Positions 53,101-61,513 of a stretch of DNA of 64,000 nt are shown here, piece after piece. Position 1 is the stretch's first letter. Every line of letters starts with the position of its first letter. The stretch is from Nitrospirota bacterium (GTDB lineage: Bacteria; Nitrospirota; Thermodesulfovibrionia; UBA6902): NCBI GenBank assembly GCA_016213935.1, contig JACQZG010000011.1, positions 805 through 64,804 on the forward strand, in the 5' to 3' direction. The notes below the pieces were generated by a model. The model had not been told where the DNA came from. It made no database searches and worked only from the letters and a program-made list of their open reading frames with translations. Both the position numbers and the translations under genes were made by a program.

Positions 53101-54152
53101 TCATCGGCAGAACCTTAAAAGAAAAAAATATTTTCATCTCACTCTCAACTCTTCATTCTTCACCATTGACTCTTTTAGACGAAGACATGCGTGTCTTAAG
53201 AGAGATATGGGAAGAGACGAGCCACAGGCTTGAGCTTCTCCAGGCAGACACTGCATGCGCCATAGAGGAGAAGAAGGCATCCTTTGACAGAAAAGGGCCG
53301 GAATATGTTTTAACTTTTGATCCCCAACCCACAACCCCTAAGCCCCGCCTCCACAAGGTTGCCGTAATACGCGAAGAGGGGAGCAACAGCGACCGCGAGA
53401 TGACATCCGCGTTCTACATGGCGGGTTTTGAGCCCTGGGACATAACCATGACAGACCTTCTTGATGAAAAGGCAAACCTCCGCAATTTCAGAGGGCTTGC
53501 CTTTGTCGGCGGCTTCAGCTATGCCGATGTCCTTGATTCCGCTAAAGGCTGGGCTGGAGCCATCAGATTCAATAAAAAGATATGGGAAGAGTTCAATGAA
53601 TTCTATAACAGGAAAGATACTTTCAGCCTCGGCATATGCAACGGCTGTCAGCTTATGGCGTTGCTCGGATGGGTGCCGTGGCAGGGGATAGAGAATGGCA
53701 TCCAGCCGAGATTCATACATAATGTATCCGGAAGGTTTGAGTCAAGGTTTTCAACTGTGAGGATACTGGAGAGCCCTTCCATCATGCTCAAGGGGATGGA
53801 AGGCTCATCACTCGGAGTCTGGGTCGCGCACGGGGAAGGAAGGGCTTACTTCCCTGATGAGAATATTTTCAAAAAGATTGAGGATGAACAGCTTGCGCCT
53901 GTGCGGTATGTCAACGACACAAACGAAATAACCGAAGGCTACCCTTTCAATCCGAATGGTTCAAAATCAGGGATTGCAGGCTTCTGCTCCCCTGACGGCA
54001 GGCATCTTGCCATGATGCCCCATCCTGAAAGGACTTTCCTTAAATGGCAGTGGCCGTGGATGCCTGAGGATTGGAAGGAGAACCTCAAGGCGTCACCCTG
54101 GCTCAGAATGTTCCAGAACGCGAGAGAATGGTGCGACAGAAACGGTTCATAG
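50115..54152 (+). CDS. purL: phosphoribosylformylglycinamidine synthase, large single-chain form (TTG start)
   Basis: QSNSEHSRHWFF, TAETHNFPS..PFPGAETGTGG, and the C-terminal glutaminase with LGICNGCQLM and the HPER motif. Confidence 0.95.
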   Translation: MSLIHLYRTPAFSEAKKNALLSAVREKISSSVEDIMTEFCFNIEASEPLSSDEMEVLRWLLSETFEPGNFSTQSFFTHHPSPPFNSPLSKGGHRGVILEVGPRMNFTTTWSTNAVSICHACGIKKIKRIERSRRFEFVFNSETPPCSSPCQGGDGRGFLSSLITYHSSLFFDRMTECPYPKPLETFETGIKPETFYHIPLIEKGKAALEKINREMGLGLDEWDINYYYNLFVNDIGRNPTNVECFDLSQSNSEHSRHWFFKGRLIIDGEEIPHTLIELVMRPLKWKPGNSVIAFSDNSSSIRGYEIETITPATPGIPSGFEKKRVDRDIIFTAETHNFPSGVAPFPGAETGTGGRIRDIQGTGRGGLVGAGTAAYCVGNLNIPGYELPWEDKSFIYPSNLASPLEIEIQASNGASDYGNKFGEPVIQGFTRSFGMRLPDGERYEWLKPIMFTAGVGQMDAGHVKKGSPEKGMCVVKIGGPAFRIGIGGGSASSMIQGENLQELDFNAVQRGDAEMEQKLNRVLRACIEMGEKNPIVSIHDQGAGGNCNVVKEIIYPAGAKIDVRKIQVGDSTLSVLEIWGAEYQEQNALLLRHEDAGIFSRLCEREKVPHSVIGYITGDGRIILYDESDGSAPVDLDLEKVLGHMPQKSFEMERATARHEPLKLPGGLSLKDALVRVLRLVSVGSKRFLTNKVDRSVTGLIARQQCAGPLQLTVSDVAVIAQSHFGLTGAAISIGEQPVKGLLSPAAMARMSVGEALTNMVWAKISGIEDIKCSANWMWAAKLPGEGSKLYDAAVAMSDMMIKLGIAVDGGKDSLSMAAQVTDAHGKTETVKSPGTLVISAYAAMPDITKVITPDIKRPGESRLLFIDLGYGDNRLGGSALAHVCGQLGDDAPDINPVLLKNAFNAVQSLIDKNLILAGHDRSDGGLITTLLEMAFSGNCGLEIQLGVKNEEFRVNDKKRVGALFSEELGLVIEYFPEREDEIKSILEEEAVPYQIIGRTLKEKNIFISLSTLHSSPLTLLDEDMRVLREIWEETSHRLELLQADTACAIEEKKASFDRKGPEYVLTFDPQPTTPKPRLHKVAVIREEGSNSDREMTSAFYMAGFEPWDITMTDLLDEKANLRNFRGLAFVGGFSYADVLDSAKGWAGAIRFNKKIWEEFNEFYNRKDTFSLGICNGCQLMALLGWVPWQGIENGIQPRFIHNVSGRFESRFSTVRILESPSIMLKGMEGSSLGVWVAHGEGRAYFPDENIFKKIEDEQLAPVRYVNDTNEITEGYPFNPNGSKSGIAGFCSPDGRHLAMMPHPERTFLKWQWPWMPEDWKENLKASPWLRMFQNAREWCDRNGS
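50336..50400. repeat. in-frame composite element in purL: TCAC-rich tail plus G/C palindrome
   Basis: ttcactcatcacccatcacc-ccccttcaatt-CCCCCCTT-agc-AAGGGGGG-acacagagggg; encodes FTHHPSPPFNSPLSKGGHRG. Confidence 0.75.
50539..50627. repeat. second in-frame composite element in purL: long imperfect G/C hairpin plus TCAC-rich tail
   Basis: aaaccccgccttgctcctCCCCTT-gcc-AAGGGGgggatgggaggggttt, then tctctcatcgctcatcacttatcactcttcactc; encodes ETPPCSSPCQGGDGRGFLSSLITYHSSLF. Confidence 0.75.
52954..53163. repeat. 23-bp inverted repeat pair (21 of 23 matching) inside purL, arms 162 bp apart
   Basis: Arm 1 is 52954-52978, gagttaagaatgaagagtttagagt; its reverse complement is actctaaactcttcattcttaac. 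Arm 2 is 53141-53163, actctcaactcttcattcttcac. Confidence 0.8.
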
Positions 54153-54266
54153 GGGTCAGGGCTTAGGGGTTAGGTGTAAGGAAATGTTATACTATAGCTT
54201 AAAAATTTACCTGGGTTTTAACTTAGCGAATTGAATCTTATCAACTCTTCATCAGACAAAGATTGG

Positions 54267-55679
54267 ATGGATTTACCCCTCGACAAGTTCCATGACGAGT
54301 GCGGGGTGGTTGGGGTCTATAATCATTCCGACGCCGCAAACCTCACATACCTCGGCCTTCACGCGCTTCAGCATAGGGGGCAGGAAGGCGCAGGCATATG
54401 CTCCTCTGACAGAAGACAGCTTTACATCGAGAAATCAATGGGGCTTGTCGCCGATGTTTTTTCCGAAAAACGCCTTCTGCGCCTCCCCGGGGATATAGCC
54501 ATAGGGCATAACAGGTACTCAACCGCGGGTTCAAGCGTTCTTAAGAATGTGCAGCCCATAACCGTGAACTTCTCTCTCGGCCCTCTTGCCATAGCGCACA
54601 ACGGAAACCTCGTAAACGCCAATGAACTTAGGGACGAACTTGAGGCAAACGGCGCGATATTCCAGTCGAGTTCTGACAGCGAAGTTATTCTTCATCTGAT
54701 AGCCAATTCCAAATCCGGCACTTTTTATGAACGCATAGTTGATTCGCTCGCAAGGCTTCGCGGGGCTTACAGCCTCCTCATAATGTCGGCAAAGGAGCTG
54801 ATAGCGGTGAGAGACCCTCACGGCTTCAGGCCTCTCAATCTCGGCAGGTTTGACGGCGCCCATGTCGTAGCCTCGGAAACATGCGCCTTTGACCTCATAG
54901 ACGCTCACTATGTGCGCGATATCGAGCCCGGAGAGATGGTCGTCATCAATGAATCCGGAATTACTTCGTATAAACCTTTCCACTCGCCTAAAAAAGCCTT
55001 CTGTATCTTTGAGTTCGTATACTTCTCAAGGCCCGACAGTTATATTTTCGGCAATCAGAATGTCAACAAGATAAGAAAGGCGTTCGGCAAACGCCTTGCA
55101 AAAGAGCACCCCATTGACGCGGACCTTGTCATACCCGTGCCTGACTCAGGAGTGCCTGCCGCCCTCGGCTACGCGGAAGAGAGCGGTATCCCTTTTGAGT
55201 TCGGGCTGATAAGGAATCATTATGTAGGCAGGACATTCATCGAACCGAAAGGCGCCATAAGGCACTTCGGCGTGAAGCTCAAACTCAACCCGGTAAGACA
55301 ACTCCTCGAAGGCAAAAAAATTGTGGTCGTGGATGACTCAATCGTCAGGGGAACCACATGCAAAAAGATAGTCAAAATGCTCAAAGAAGGGGGCGGGGCA
55401 AAAGAGGTTCATATGAGGATAAGCTCGCCGCCAACGATAGGCCCCTGCTTTTACGGCATCGACACGCCGACCAGAAGCGAACTCATCGCCTCGACCCACT
55501 CGTTGAGAGAGATAGAGAAATACATTACGGCTGACAGCCTTAAATATCTGAACATCGAAGGGCTGCTTGGCTCGGTGACTAATCCTGAAAATTACTGCAC
55601 CGCCTGTTTTGACAATAACTATCCTGTGATGACGTCAGAAGACATGGCAGAGCAGATGGCGCTTTTCAAGACGCTTTAA
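54267..55679 (+). CDS. purF: amidophosphoribosyltransferase ([4Fe-4S], propeptide type)
   Basis: An 11-residue propeptide [11 protein letters not shown] precedes the catalytic CGVVGV; PRPP motif [12 protein letters not shown]; C-terminal Cys ligands YCTACF. The track ORF begins at TTG 54231. Confidence 0.92.
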   Translation: MDLPLDKFHDECGVVGVYNHSDAANLTYLGLHALQHRGQEGAGICSSDRRQLYIEKSMGLVADVFSEKRLLRLPGDIAIGHNRYSTAGSSVLKNVQPITVNFSLGPLAIAHNGNLVNANELRDELEANGAIFQSSSDSEVILHLIANSKSGTFYERIVDSLARLRGAYSLLIMSAKELIAVRDPHGFRPLNLGRFDGAHVVASETCAFDLIDAHYVRDIEPGEMVVINESGITSYKPFHSPKKAFCIFEFVYFSRPDSYIFGNQNVNKIRKAFGKRLAKEHPIDADLVIPVPDSGVPAALGYAEESGIPFEFGLIRNHYVGRTFIEPKGAIRHFGVKLKLNPVRQLLEGKKIVVVDDSIVRGTTCKKIVKMLKEGGGAKEVHMRISSPPTIGPCFYGIDTPTRSELIASTHSLREIEKYITADSLKYLNIEGLLGSVTNPENYCTACFDNNYPVMTSEDMAEQMALFKTL

Positions 55680-55687
55680 CCTTTCTC

Positions 55688-57361
55688 ATGAATCGCACTT
55701 TTCTTAAGAAGAGTCATATTTTATTCATATCCTTATTCCTCTCGTTCTCCCTTGCCTCGGGCTGCAAAAAAAGTGAAGAGGGCAAGGAGACTTCGTCATC
55801 GTCAAAAGCCGGGACAGGGAATTTCGAGCCTGCATACGGAGATACTCTTGTCGAAGGCTCCATAGGGGAACCGAGTATTTTAGTGCCGATGCTTGCAGGC
55901 GACAGCGCCTCTCACAGCGTGGCAGGGATGATTTTCAACGGCCTCGTAAAGTATGACACTGACCTGAGCGTCACCGGCGACCTTGCCGAATCATGGGATA
56001 TATCGCCTGACGGCCTGGTGATAACCTTTCATCTGAGAAAAGGTGTGAAGTGGTTCGACGGCGCTGATTTCACCGCGGATGACGTGATGTTCGGCTACAA
56101 GACAATAATAGACGAAAAGACGCCGACCGCTTATAAAGAGGATTTCCTGCAGGTAAAAAAGGCTGAAGTTCTCGACAGCCATACCTTCAGGGTGAGTTAC
56201 GAGAAACCCTTTGCGCCCGCGCTCACTTCATGGGGAAACCTTGTTGTCCTGCCCAAGCACCTGCTCGAAGGGAAGGATATCACAAAGACGGGTTTCGGGA
56301 GAAACCCGGTCGGCATGGGTCAGTACAGGCTTGAGAAGTGGACGCCGGGACAGGACCTTAAGCTCGTCTCAAACAGAGATTATTTTGAGGGAAGGCCATA
56401 TATCGACAGTTATGTTTACAGAATAATCCCCGACCCTGCGACCCTATTCCTCGAGCTTCAGGCGGGCGGAGTGGATATGATGGGGCTCACGCCGGTGCAG
56501 TACACAAAACAGACGGATACAGGCTTCTTCAGGGAGAATTTCCGGAAGTTCCGCTATCCTGTCTTCTCATATACTTATATGGGGTTCAACCTTAAGTCTC
56601 CTTTGTTCAAGGATGTGCGGGTAAGAAAGGCGATAGCCCACGCGATAAACAAAGAAGAACTCGTAGATACCGTGCTCCTCGGAATCGGAAAACCCGCCAC
56701 AGGGCCTTATGTGCCGGACACATGGCCTTACAACCCGGTTGTACCCAAATACGAATACAGCAAAGAAAAGGCCTCGAACCTTCTGAGGGAGTCAGGCTGG
56801 TCCGACTCAAACAAAGACGGCATCATTGAAAAAGAAGGGGTGCCTTTTGAGTTCACGATACTCACAAATATGGGCAACCAGCAGAGAATGAACGCCGCGA
56901 CTATTATTCAGCAGAGGCTCAAAGAGATTGGGATAAAGGCTGAGATAAGGGCTGTGGAGTGGAGCACATTCATAAATGAATTTATAGACAAGAGAAGGTT
57001 TCAGGCTGTCATACTTGGATGGAGCATAGGAGTTGACCCTGACCAGTATGATATATGGCATTCGAGTAAGATCGGAGAAAAGGAGTTTAATTTTGTTTCG
57101 TACAACAGCCCTGAAGTTGACGCGCTCCTTGAAAAAGGGAGAAGGACTTTTGACATCGGAGAGAGAAAGAAGGCCTATTACAGGATACAGGAGATACTCG
57201 CAGAAGAGGTTCCCTACATATTTTTATACGTCCCCGACGCCATGCCCATTGTGCATTCAAGGTTCAAAGGCATCAAGCCGACGCCCATCGGCATAAGCTA
57301 TAACTTCAACAAATGGTTCGTCCCTAAAGAACTTCAGAGGCACAGCTCGATTCAGCAGTAA
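55688..57361 (+). CDS. ABC transporter substrate-binding lipoprotein, family 5 (peptide/nickel, DppA/OppA-like)
   Basis: Lipobox LASGC, 557 aa, SBP_bac_5-like pattern (GLVKYD..., WHLRKGVKWFDG). Confidence 0.88.
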   Translation: MNRTFLKKSHILFISLFLSFSLASGCKKSEEGKETSSSSKAGTGNFEPAYGDTLVEGSIGEPSILVPMLAGDSASHSVAGMIFNGLVKYDTDLSVTGDLAESWDISPDGLVITFHLRKGVKWFDGADFTADDVMFGYKTIIDEKTPTAYKEDFLQVKKAEVLDSHTFRVSYEKPFAPALTSWGNLVVLPKHLLEGKDITKTGFGRNPVGMGQYRLEKWTPGQDLKLVSNRDYFEGRPYIDSYVYRIIPDPATLFLELQAGGVDMMGLTPVQYTKQTDTGFFRENFRKFRYPVFSYTYMGFNLKSPLFKDVRVRKAIAHAINKEELVDTVLLGIGKPATGPYVPDTWPYNPVVPKYEYSKEKASNLLRESGWSDSNKDGIIEKEGVPFEFTILTNMGNQQRMNAATIIQQRLKEIGIKAEIRAVEWSTFINEFIDKRRFQAVILGWSIGVDPDQYDIWHSSKIGEKEFNFVSYNSPEVDALLEKGRRTFDIGERKKAYYRIQEILAEEVPYIFLYVPDAMPIVHSRFKGIKPTPIGISYNFNKWFVPKELQRHSSIQQ

Positions 57362-57390
57362 AGGCCTTTCCTCGGCTTGACATGTTAATT

Positions 57391-58131
57391 CTATTCCGTC
57401 TCTTTATTCTCATCCACGTGCTCAGCTATAATGCCTCTCACCTTTTCCGCGATATCCTCTGCCCGCATGTCGGCAAAATCCCAGTACGGTATCTCATCGA
57501 GAACTTCTATCCTTATCTTCTGCCTGCTGTGAAAGCTGAGGCTCCCCCTCGGCAGCGCCTTTCCAGTCCCGTTTATAGCTATCGGGAGGATAGGCGACTT
57601 TGTCTTCTTCGCGAGGAGAAACGCACCGGGCATGAAGCTCCCTGTAATGCCTGTTTCTGAACGCATTCCTTCGGGAAAGAGAAATACTGAACTCCCGTTT
57701 AAAAGAGCCCTCTCGGCATCCCTGAACATCCTGAGCATCCCCTGCCTGTCCTCGCGCACCAGCTTAATATATCGGTTAAGAGACATGGCCCAGCCGACAA
57801 ATGGCAGGTTGAATACCTCGGCTTTGGAGACCCACTTAAAATGAACGAAGAGGCCGAAGGCTGAAAGGATATCAAGCTGAGACTGATGATTGGCGACTAT
57901 GACATACGCCTCCTCCTTTCTTATCTTCTCACGCCCTTTTATCGAGACTGGCCAGGCGGGCGTCGCCCACATATAAAAATATCCCCAGAAAGAGGTAAAG
58001 AGATGCAGAAACGCCAGCCGCCTGTCAAATAAAACTGTCAGAAGCCATATGATAAAAGCGATTAGAAAAAATACGGCCGAGGTCGTAAAGAAGAATATTA
58101 AAAATATTATCGATAGTATTCTGTTTATCAT
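57391..58131 (-). CDS. plsC: 1-acyl-sn-glycerol-3-phosphate acyltransferase
   Basis: HX4D motif VANHQSQLD and LFPEGMRS. Confidence 0.85.
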   Translation of the reverse strand: MINRILSIIFLIFFFTTSAVFFLIAFIIWLLTVLFDRRLAFLHLFTSFWGYFYMWATPAWPVSIKGREKIRKEEAYVIVANHQSQLDILSAFGLFVHFKWVSKAEVFNLPFVGWAMSLNRYIKLVREDRQGMLRMFRDAERALLNGSSVFLFPEGMRSETGITGSFMPGAFLLAKKTKSPILPIAINGTGKALPRGSLSFHSRQKIRIEVLDEIPYWDFADMRAEDIAEKVRGIIAEHVDENKETE

Positions 58132-58143
58132 AAAGTTAATAAT

Positions 58144-58234
58144 GGGAATATGATTCCCAAAGTTGAACCCATTTCCAAACTGGATACCCGCCTTTCCGCC
58201 TCGGCGGATCAGCTGAGGCTGACGCGGGTATGAC
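58144..58234. repeat. REP-like nested hairpins in the plsC / permease divergent spacer
   Basis: gggaat-atg-attccc; atacccgc (58184-91) pairs with gcgggtat (58224-31), enclosing ccgcc-tc-ggcgg. Resembles the ggatccccgg...gaggatgac part of the 46958 element. Confidence 0.55.
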
Positions 58235-58325
58235 GACTTTTTACAAGTTTATCAAAGTTGATAATTGTATGCCGTTAATTTAAGCTAATCACTGTAAAAT
58301 ATCAACGAGTTTCTCCCTGAACGCA

Positions 58326-59324
58326 ATGCTTGGCTATACCCTTAAAAGGCTTCTTGAGATGATACCGACTTTTTTCGGCATCACTCTGTTGTCGTTCTTC
58401 ATAATCCACCTCGCGCCGGGCAAGCCGACCGACGTTCTTGCTGACATGAACCCCAAGATTACGCCCGAAGCGAGGGCAAAGCTCGAGCAATATTACGGCC
58501 TCGACAAGCCTATAATGATCCAGTACGGATTGTGGCTCAAAAGGATAGTGAAGCTCGATTTCGGCGAGTCATTCTCAACTGACAGACGGCCCGTTATGGA
58601 AAAGATTTGGGACAAAAAACAGCCCCTTTCGGAAAGGCGCCTCTTCATAACATTTCTCATAAACGTCCTCTCGATGCTCATCATATTCATCTTCGCAATA
58701 CCCATCGGAGTATCATCGGCAACGCATCAATACTCTATTTACGACAAGTTCACAACCACATTCGTATTCCTCGGCTTCGCGATCCCCTCATTCTGGCTCG
58801 CGCTTCTGCTGATGATGCTATTCGGCATACATCTCGACTGGCTCCCCATCTCCGGGCTCAAGTCCATGAATTATGATTCACTTTCGCTCGCGGGAAAGAT
58901 ATGGGACAGGGCAAACCACCTGATACTTCCTCTTTTCGTATCATCTTTCGGGGGGCTTGCCGGCCTCTCAAGGTATATGAGGAGCAACATGCTCGAGGTG
59001 ATTCGCCAGGATTACATAACCACGGCGCGGGCGAAAGGGCTTCCGGAGAGGAGCGTGATTTACAGGCACGCCATGAAGAACGCCATGCTCCCGATAATCA
59101 CTCTGCTCGGTTTATCTGTTCCCGGGCTCATAGGAGGAAGCGTAATATTCGAAAATATCTTCGGCATCCCGGGCATGGGGCAGCTCTTCTTCATGGGGGT
59201 CATGACAAGGGATTATCCGCTGATTATGGGCATCCTTACGATAGGTGCGTTTCTGACGCTGATAGGGAACCTTCTGGCTGACCTCGGGTATATGTTCGCT
59301 GACCCGAGGATAAGAGCGGGGTAA
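58326..59324 (+). CDS. ABC peptide/nickel transporter permease (DppB/OppB-like)
   Basis: [25 protein letters not shown]-terminus; [12 protein letters not shown] loop. Confidence 0.9.
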   Translation: MLGYTLKRLLEMIPTFFGITLLSFFIIHLAPGKPTDVLADMNPKITPEARAKLEQYYGLDKPIMIQYGLWLKRIVKLDFGESFSTDRRPVMEKIWDKKQPLSERRLFITFLINVLSMLIIFIFAIPIGVSSATHQYSIYDKFTTTFVFLGFAIPSFWLALLLMMLFGIHLDWLPISGLKSMNYDSLSLAGKIWDRANHLILPLFVSSFGGLAGLSRYMRSNMLEVIRQDYITTARAKGLPERSVIYRHAMKNAMLPIITLLGLSVPGLIGGSVIFENIFGIPGMGQLFFMGVMTRDYPLIMGILTIGAFLTLIGNLLADLGYMFADPRIRAG

Positions 59325-59337
59325 ACTGAAAACGCCT

Positions 59338-60195
59338 ATGCATTTTCTAAACTCGATAAATTCATTCTGGCTCATCTACAAAAGGCATAAGCTCGCGGTG
59401 CTCGGGCTGATACTCGTCATGCTCTTCTTTGCCGCGGCATTGTCAGCGCCCCTGATATCTCCTTATGACCCGAATGATATTGACAGCGGCCATATACTTG
59501 AGCCGCCCGGCAGGGGGCATCTTCTCGGCACGGACGACCTCGGAAGAGATGTCTTCTCAAGAATGGCATACGGCAGCAGGATATCGCTCGAAGTGGGTTT
59601 TGTCGCCGTCGGAATTTCAACTGTAATAGGAATGATATTCGGCGCGCTCGCCGGATACTACGGCGGCTGGACAGACAGGGTGATAATGAGGTTCGTGGAC
59701 ATAATGCTATCCATCCCGACATTCTTTCTCATACTCGCGGTAATAGCATTTATCGAGCCGAGCATATGGAACATCATGATAGTGATAGGGCTCACCTCAT
59801 GGATGGGGGTCGCGAGGCTTGTGAGGGCGGAGTTTCTTTCCCTCAAGGAGAGGGAATTTGTCCTTGCGGCAAGGGCCCTCGGCGCGGGCGACATGAGAAT
59901 AATATTCAGGCACATAATGCCGAACAGCTTATCTCCCGTCTTTGTCTCGGCCGTACTCGGGGTTGCGGCCGCGATCCTCGTAGAGTCGGCGCTCAGCTTC
60001 CTGGGCATAGGGGTTCAGCCGCCCACGCCGAGCTGGGGAAATATTCTTACGCTTGGGAAAGATAACATTGAGATAGCATGGTGGCTCTCGGTCTTTCCCG
60101 GAATCGCGATCCTGCTGACCGTCCTGAGCTACAACCTTGTCGGGGAAGGATTAAGGGACGCGCTTGACCCGAGGCTCAGGCACGGGAGGAAGTAA
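59338..60195 (+). CDS. ABC peptide/nickel transporter permease (DppC/OppC-like)
   Basis: HLLGTDDLGRDVFSR and EFVLAARALGA motifs. Confidence 0.9.
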   Translation: MHFLNSINSFWLIYKRHKLAVLGLILVMLFFAAALSAPLISPYDPNDIDSGHILEPPGRGHLLGTDDLGRDVFSRMAYGSRISLEVGFVAVGISTVIGMIFGALAGYYGGWTDRVIMRFVDIMLSIPTFFLILAVIAFIEPSIWNIMIVIGLTSWMGVARLVRAEFLSLKEREFVLAARALGAGDMRIIFRHIMPNSLSPVFVSAVLGVAAAILVESALSFLGIGVQPPTPSWGNILTLGKDNIEIAWWLSVFPGIAILLTVLSYNLVGEGLRDALDPRLRHGRK

Positions 60196-60775
60196 ACGCT
60201 TCAAATATTTCTTCTTTCGTCAGGAGCGCCCTGCATGGGATGCCTAACTTCTCTATCGCCTCTTTTCCGCCTTCCTGCCTGTCTATAAGCGAAAGCACGC
60301 CTGCGACTTTGAGCCCGCACATCCGTGCCCTCTCGACCGCCTTTATCGAAGAGCCGCCTGTTGTGATGACATCTTCGATTATGAGAACCTTGTCGCCCTC
60401 ATTTACATTGCCCTCTATCCACTGCATGGTGCCGTGTTTCTTAGGCTCTTTGCGGACAACAAACGCCTCAAGCGGAGTTCCCTTTAAATAGGCAGTGTAG
60501 GCGATGGCGTTTGCAACCGGGTCAGCGCCGAGCGTGAGCCCCCCGACACCTTTGACCTTCCACTTTTTATCTTTCATGATGATCTCATAGAGAAGGTTCC
60601 CTATAAGATACATCCCCTCTGAGCTCATGGTAGTGGGTTTGCAGTTGAAATAATAATTGCTCATCCCTCCCGATGCAAGCTTGAAAGATGGCTTTTCCGT
60701 ATATCTGAATGTCCTTTTGATTATCAGTTCTATAAGCTTTTTTTTCATCGCATTGGTTGATTGATATCTGCGCAT
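60176..60775 (-). CDS. pyrE: orotate phosphoribosyltransferase
   Basis: PRPP motif VLIIEDVITTGGS; AGGAG SD 7 nt upstream of ATG 60775; the 3' end overlaps the convergent permease gene by 20 nt. Confidence 0.9.
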   Translation of the reverse strand: MRRYQSTNAMKKKLIELIIKRTFRYTEKPSFKLASGGMSNYYFNCKPTTMSSEGMYLIGNLLYEIIMKDKKWKVKGVGGLTLGADPVANAIAYTAYLKGTPLEAFVVRKEPKKHGTMQWIEGNVNEGDKVLIIEDVITTGGSSIKAVERARMCGLKVAGVLSLIDRQEGGKEAIEKLGIPCRALLTKEEIFEAFTSSRA

Positions 60776-60805
60776 ATTATTTCTCCTGATTAATATTATG
60801 TAATT

Positions 60806-61162
60806 TTATTCTTCTCTATTTGCCGCCTTCAGCCCCTCTGTGAGTATCAGAAAAAATACAACGGTAAAGCCGAATAGAAGGCCGAACGGGTTGACCAGCT
60901 TTTTATACATCAAAAAGAAGATAACAGCAAACAATCCAAACAGCCTGAAGATGCTTGTAAGCATCATTACGGCCTTCATCTTTTTTGATAATATAAACCT
61001 CTCAACAGACCTTACAAGCCCCCTCAGGTTCAGTATGCCGAAGACCGCGCCGGCAAGTATGCCGGCCGGCACTTTATCCCATTGAAAGCAGATAGCGATA
61101 AGCACTGCGGGCAGAATTATTATACCGCTCTTTTGAATTACGCCTTTTAATATCGGATTCAT
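60806..61162 (-). CDS. atpI: ATP synthase protein I-like small membrane protein
   Basis: 118 aa, 4 TM segments; position directly after an AtpZ-like gene with a 4-nt overlap. Confidence 0.55.
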   Translation of the reverse strand: MNPILKGVIQKSGIIILPAVLIAICFQWDKVPAGILAGAVFGILNLRGLVRSVERFILSKKMKAVMMLTSIFRLFGLFAVIFFLMYKKLVNPFGLLFGFTVVFFLILTEGLKAANREE

Positions 61163-61434
61163 TTTATTTCACTCTCATTATTATCTTTACTCTGCTTCAT
61201 CGCCACGTTGTAGAGATGCTTGAACCCCGACGCGATGCCGAGGAGAAGGAATATTATGGTGAACCACGGATCAGTATGAAGATACCTGTCCAGAACCCAA
61301 TGCCCTATGGCAAAACCGACAAAGGTGGAGGTGACAAGGTTAATCCCTATCATGCTCGCGCTGCTCAAAGAACGAAAGAGCTCCCCCTTCTCCTTTTTTG
61401 ACTCTTCCTTATTCACCTGAGGCGCTTCAGTCAT
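61159..61434 (-). CDS. AtpZ/AtpR-like F0F1-ATPase accessory membrane protein
   Basis: 91 aa, two TM helices with SASMIGINLVTSTFVGFAIGHWVLDRYLHTDPWFTIIFLLLGIASGF, typical of the ATPase_gene1 family as I recall it. Confidence 0.6.
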   Translation of the reverse strand: MTEAPQVNKEESKKEKGELFRSLSSASMIGINLVTSTFVGFAIGHWVLDRYLHTDPWFTIIFLLLGIASGFKHLYNVAMKQSKDNNESEIK

Positions 61435-61499
61435 AAAAGAGTTTAGCAGAACGGCGCTGAATCTGTCATTGCGCCCTATGCCTTATGCCCTGTCTTTTT

Positions 61500-61508
61500 T
61501 GCTATACT
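61500..61508 (+). promoter_or_regulatory. extended -10 element (TGcTATACT) 5 nt upstream of the uppP ATG
   Basis: tgctatact at 61500-61508; ATG at 61514; no SD in between. Confidence 0.3.
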
Positions 61509-61513
61509 CTCTC

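Noticed and set aside
53333-54171. 13-mer GGGCTTAGGGGTT after the purL stop (54159-71) matching its reverse complement in the purL linker (53333-45)
   Set aside because: An exact 13-mer match somewhere in 64 kb on either strand is expected by chance tens of times, so it is not evidence on its own.
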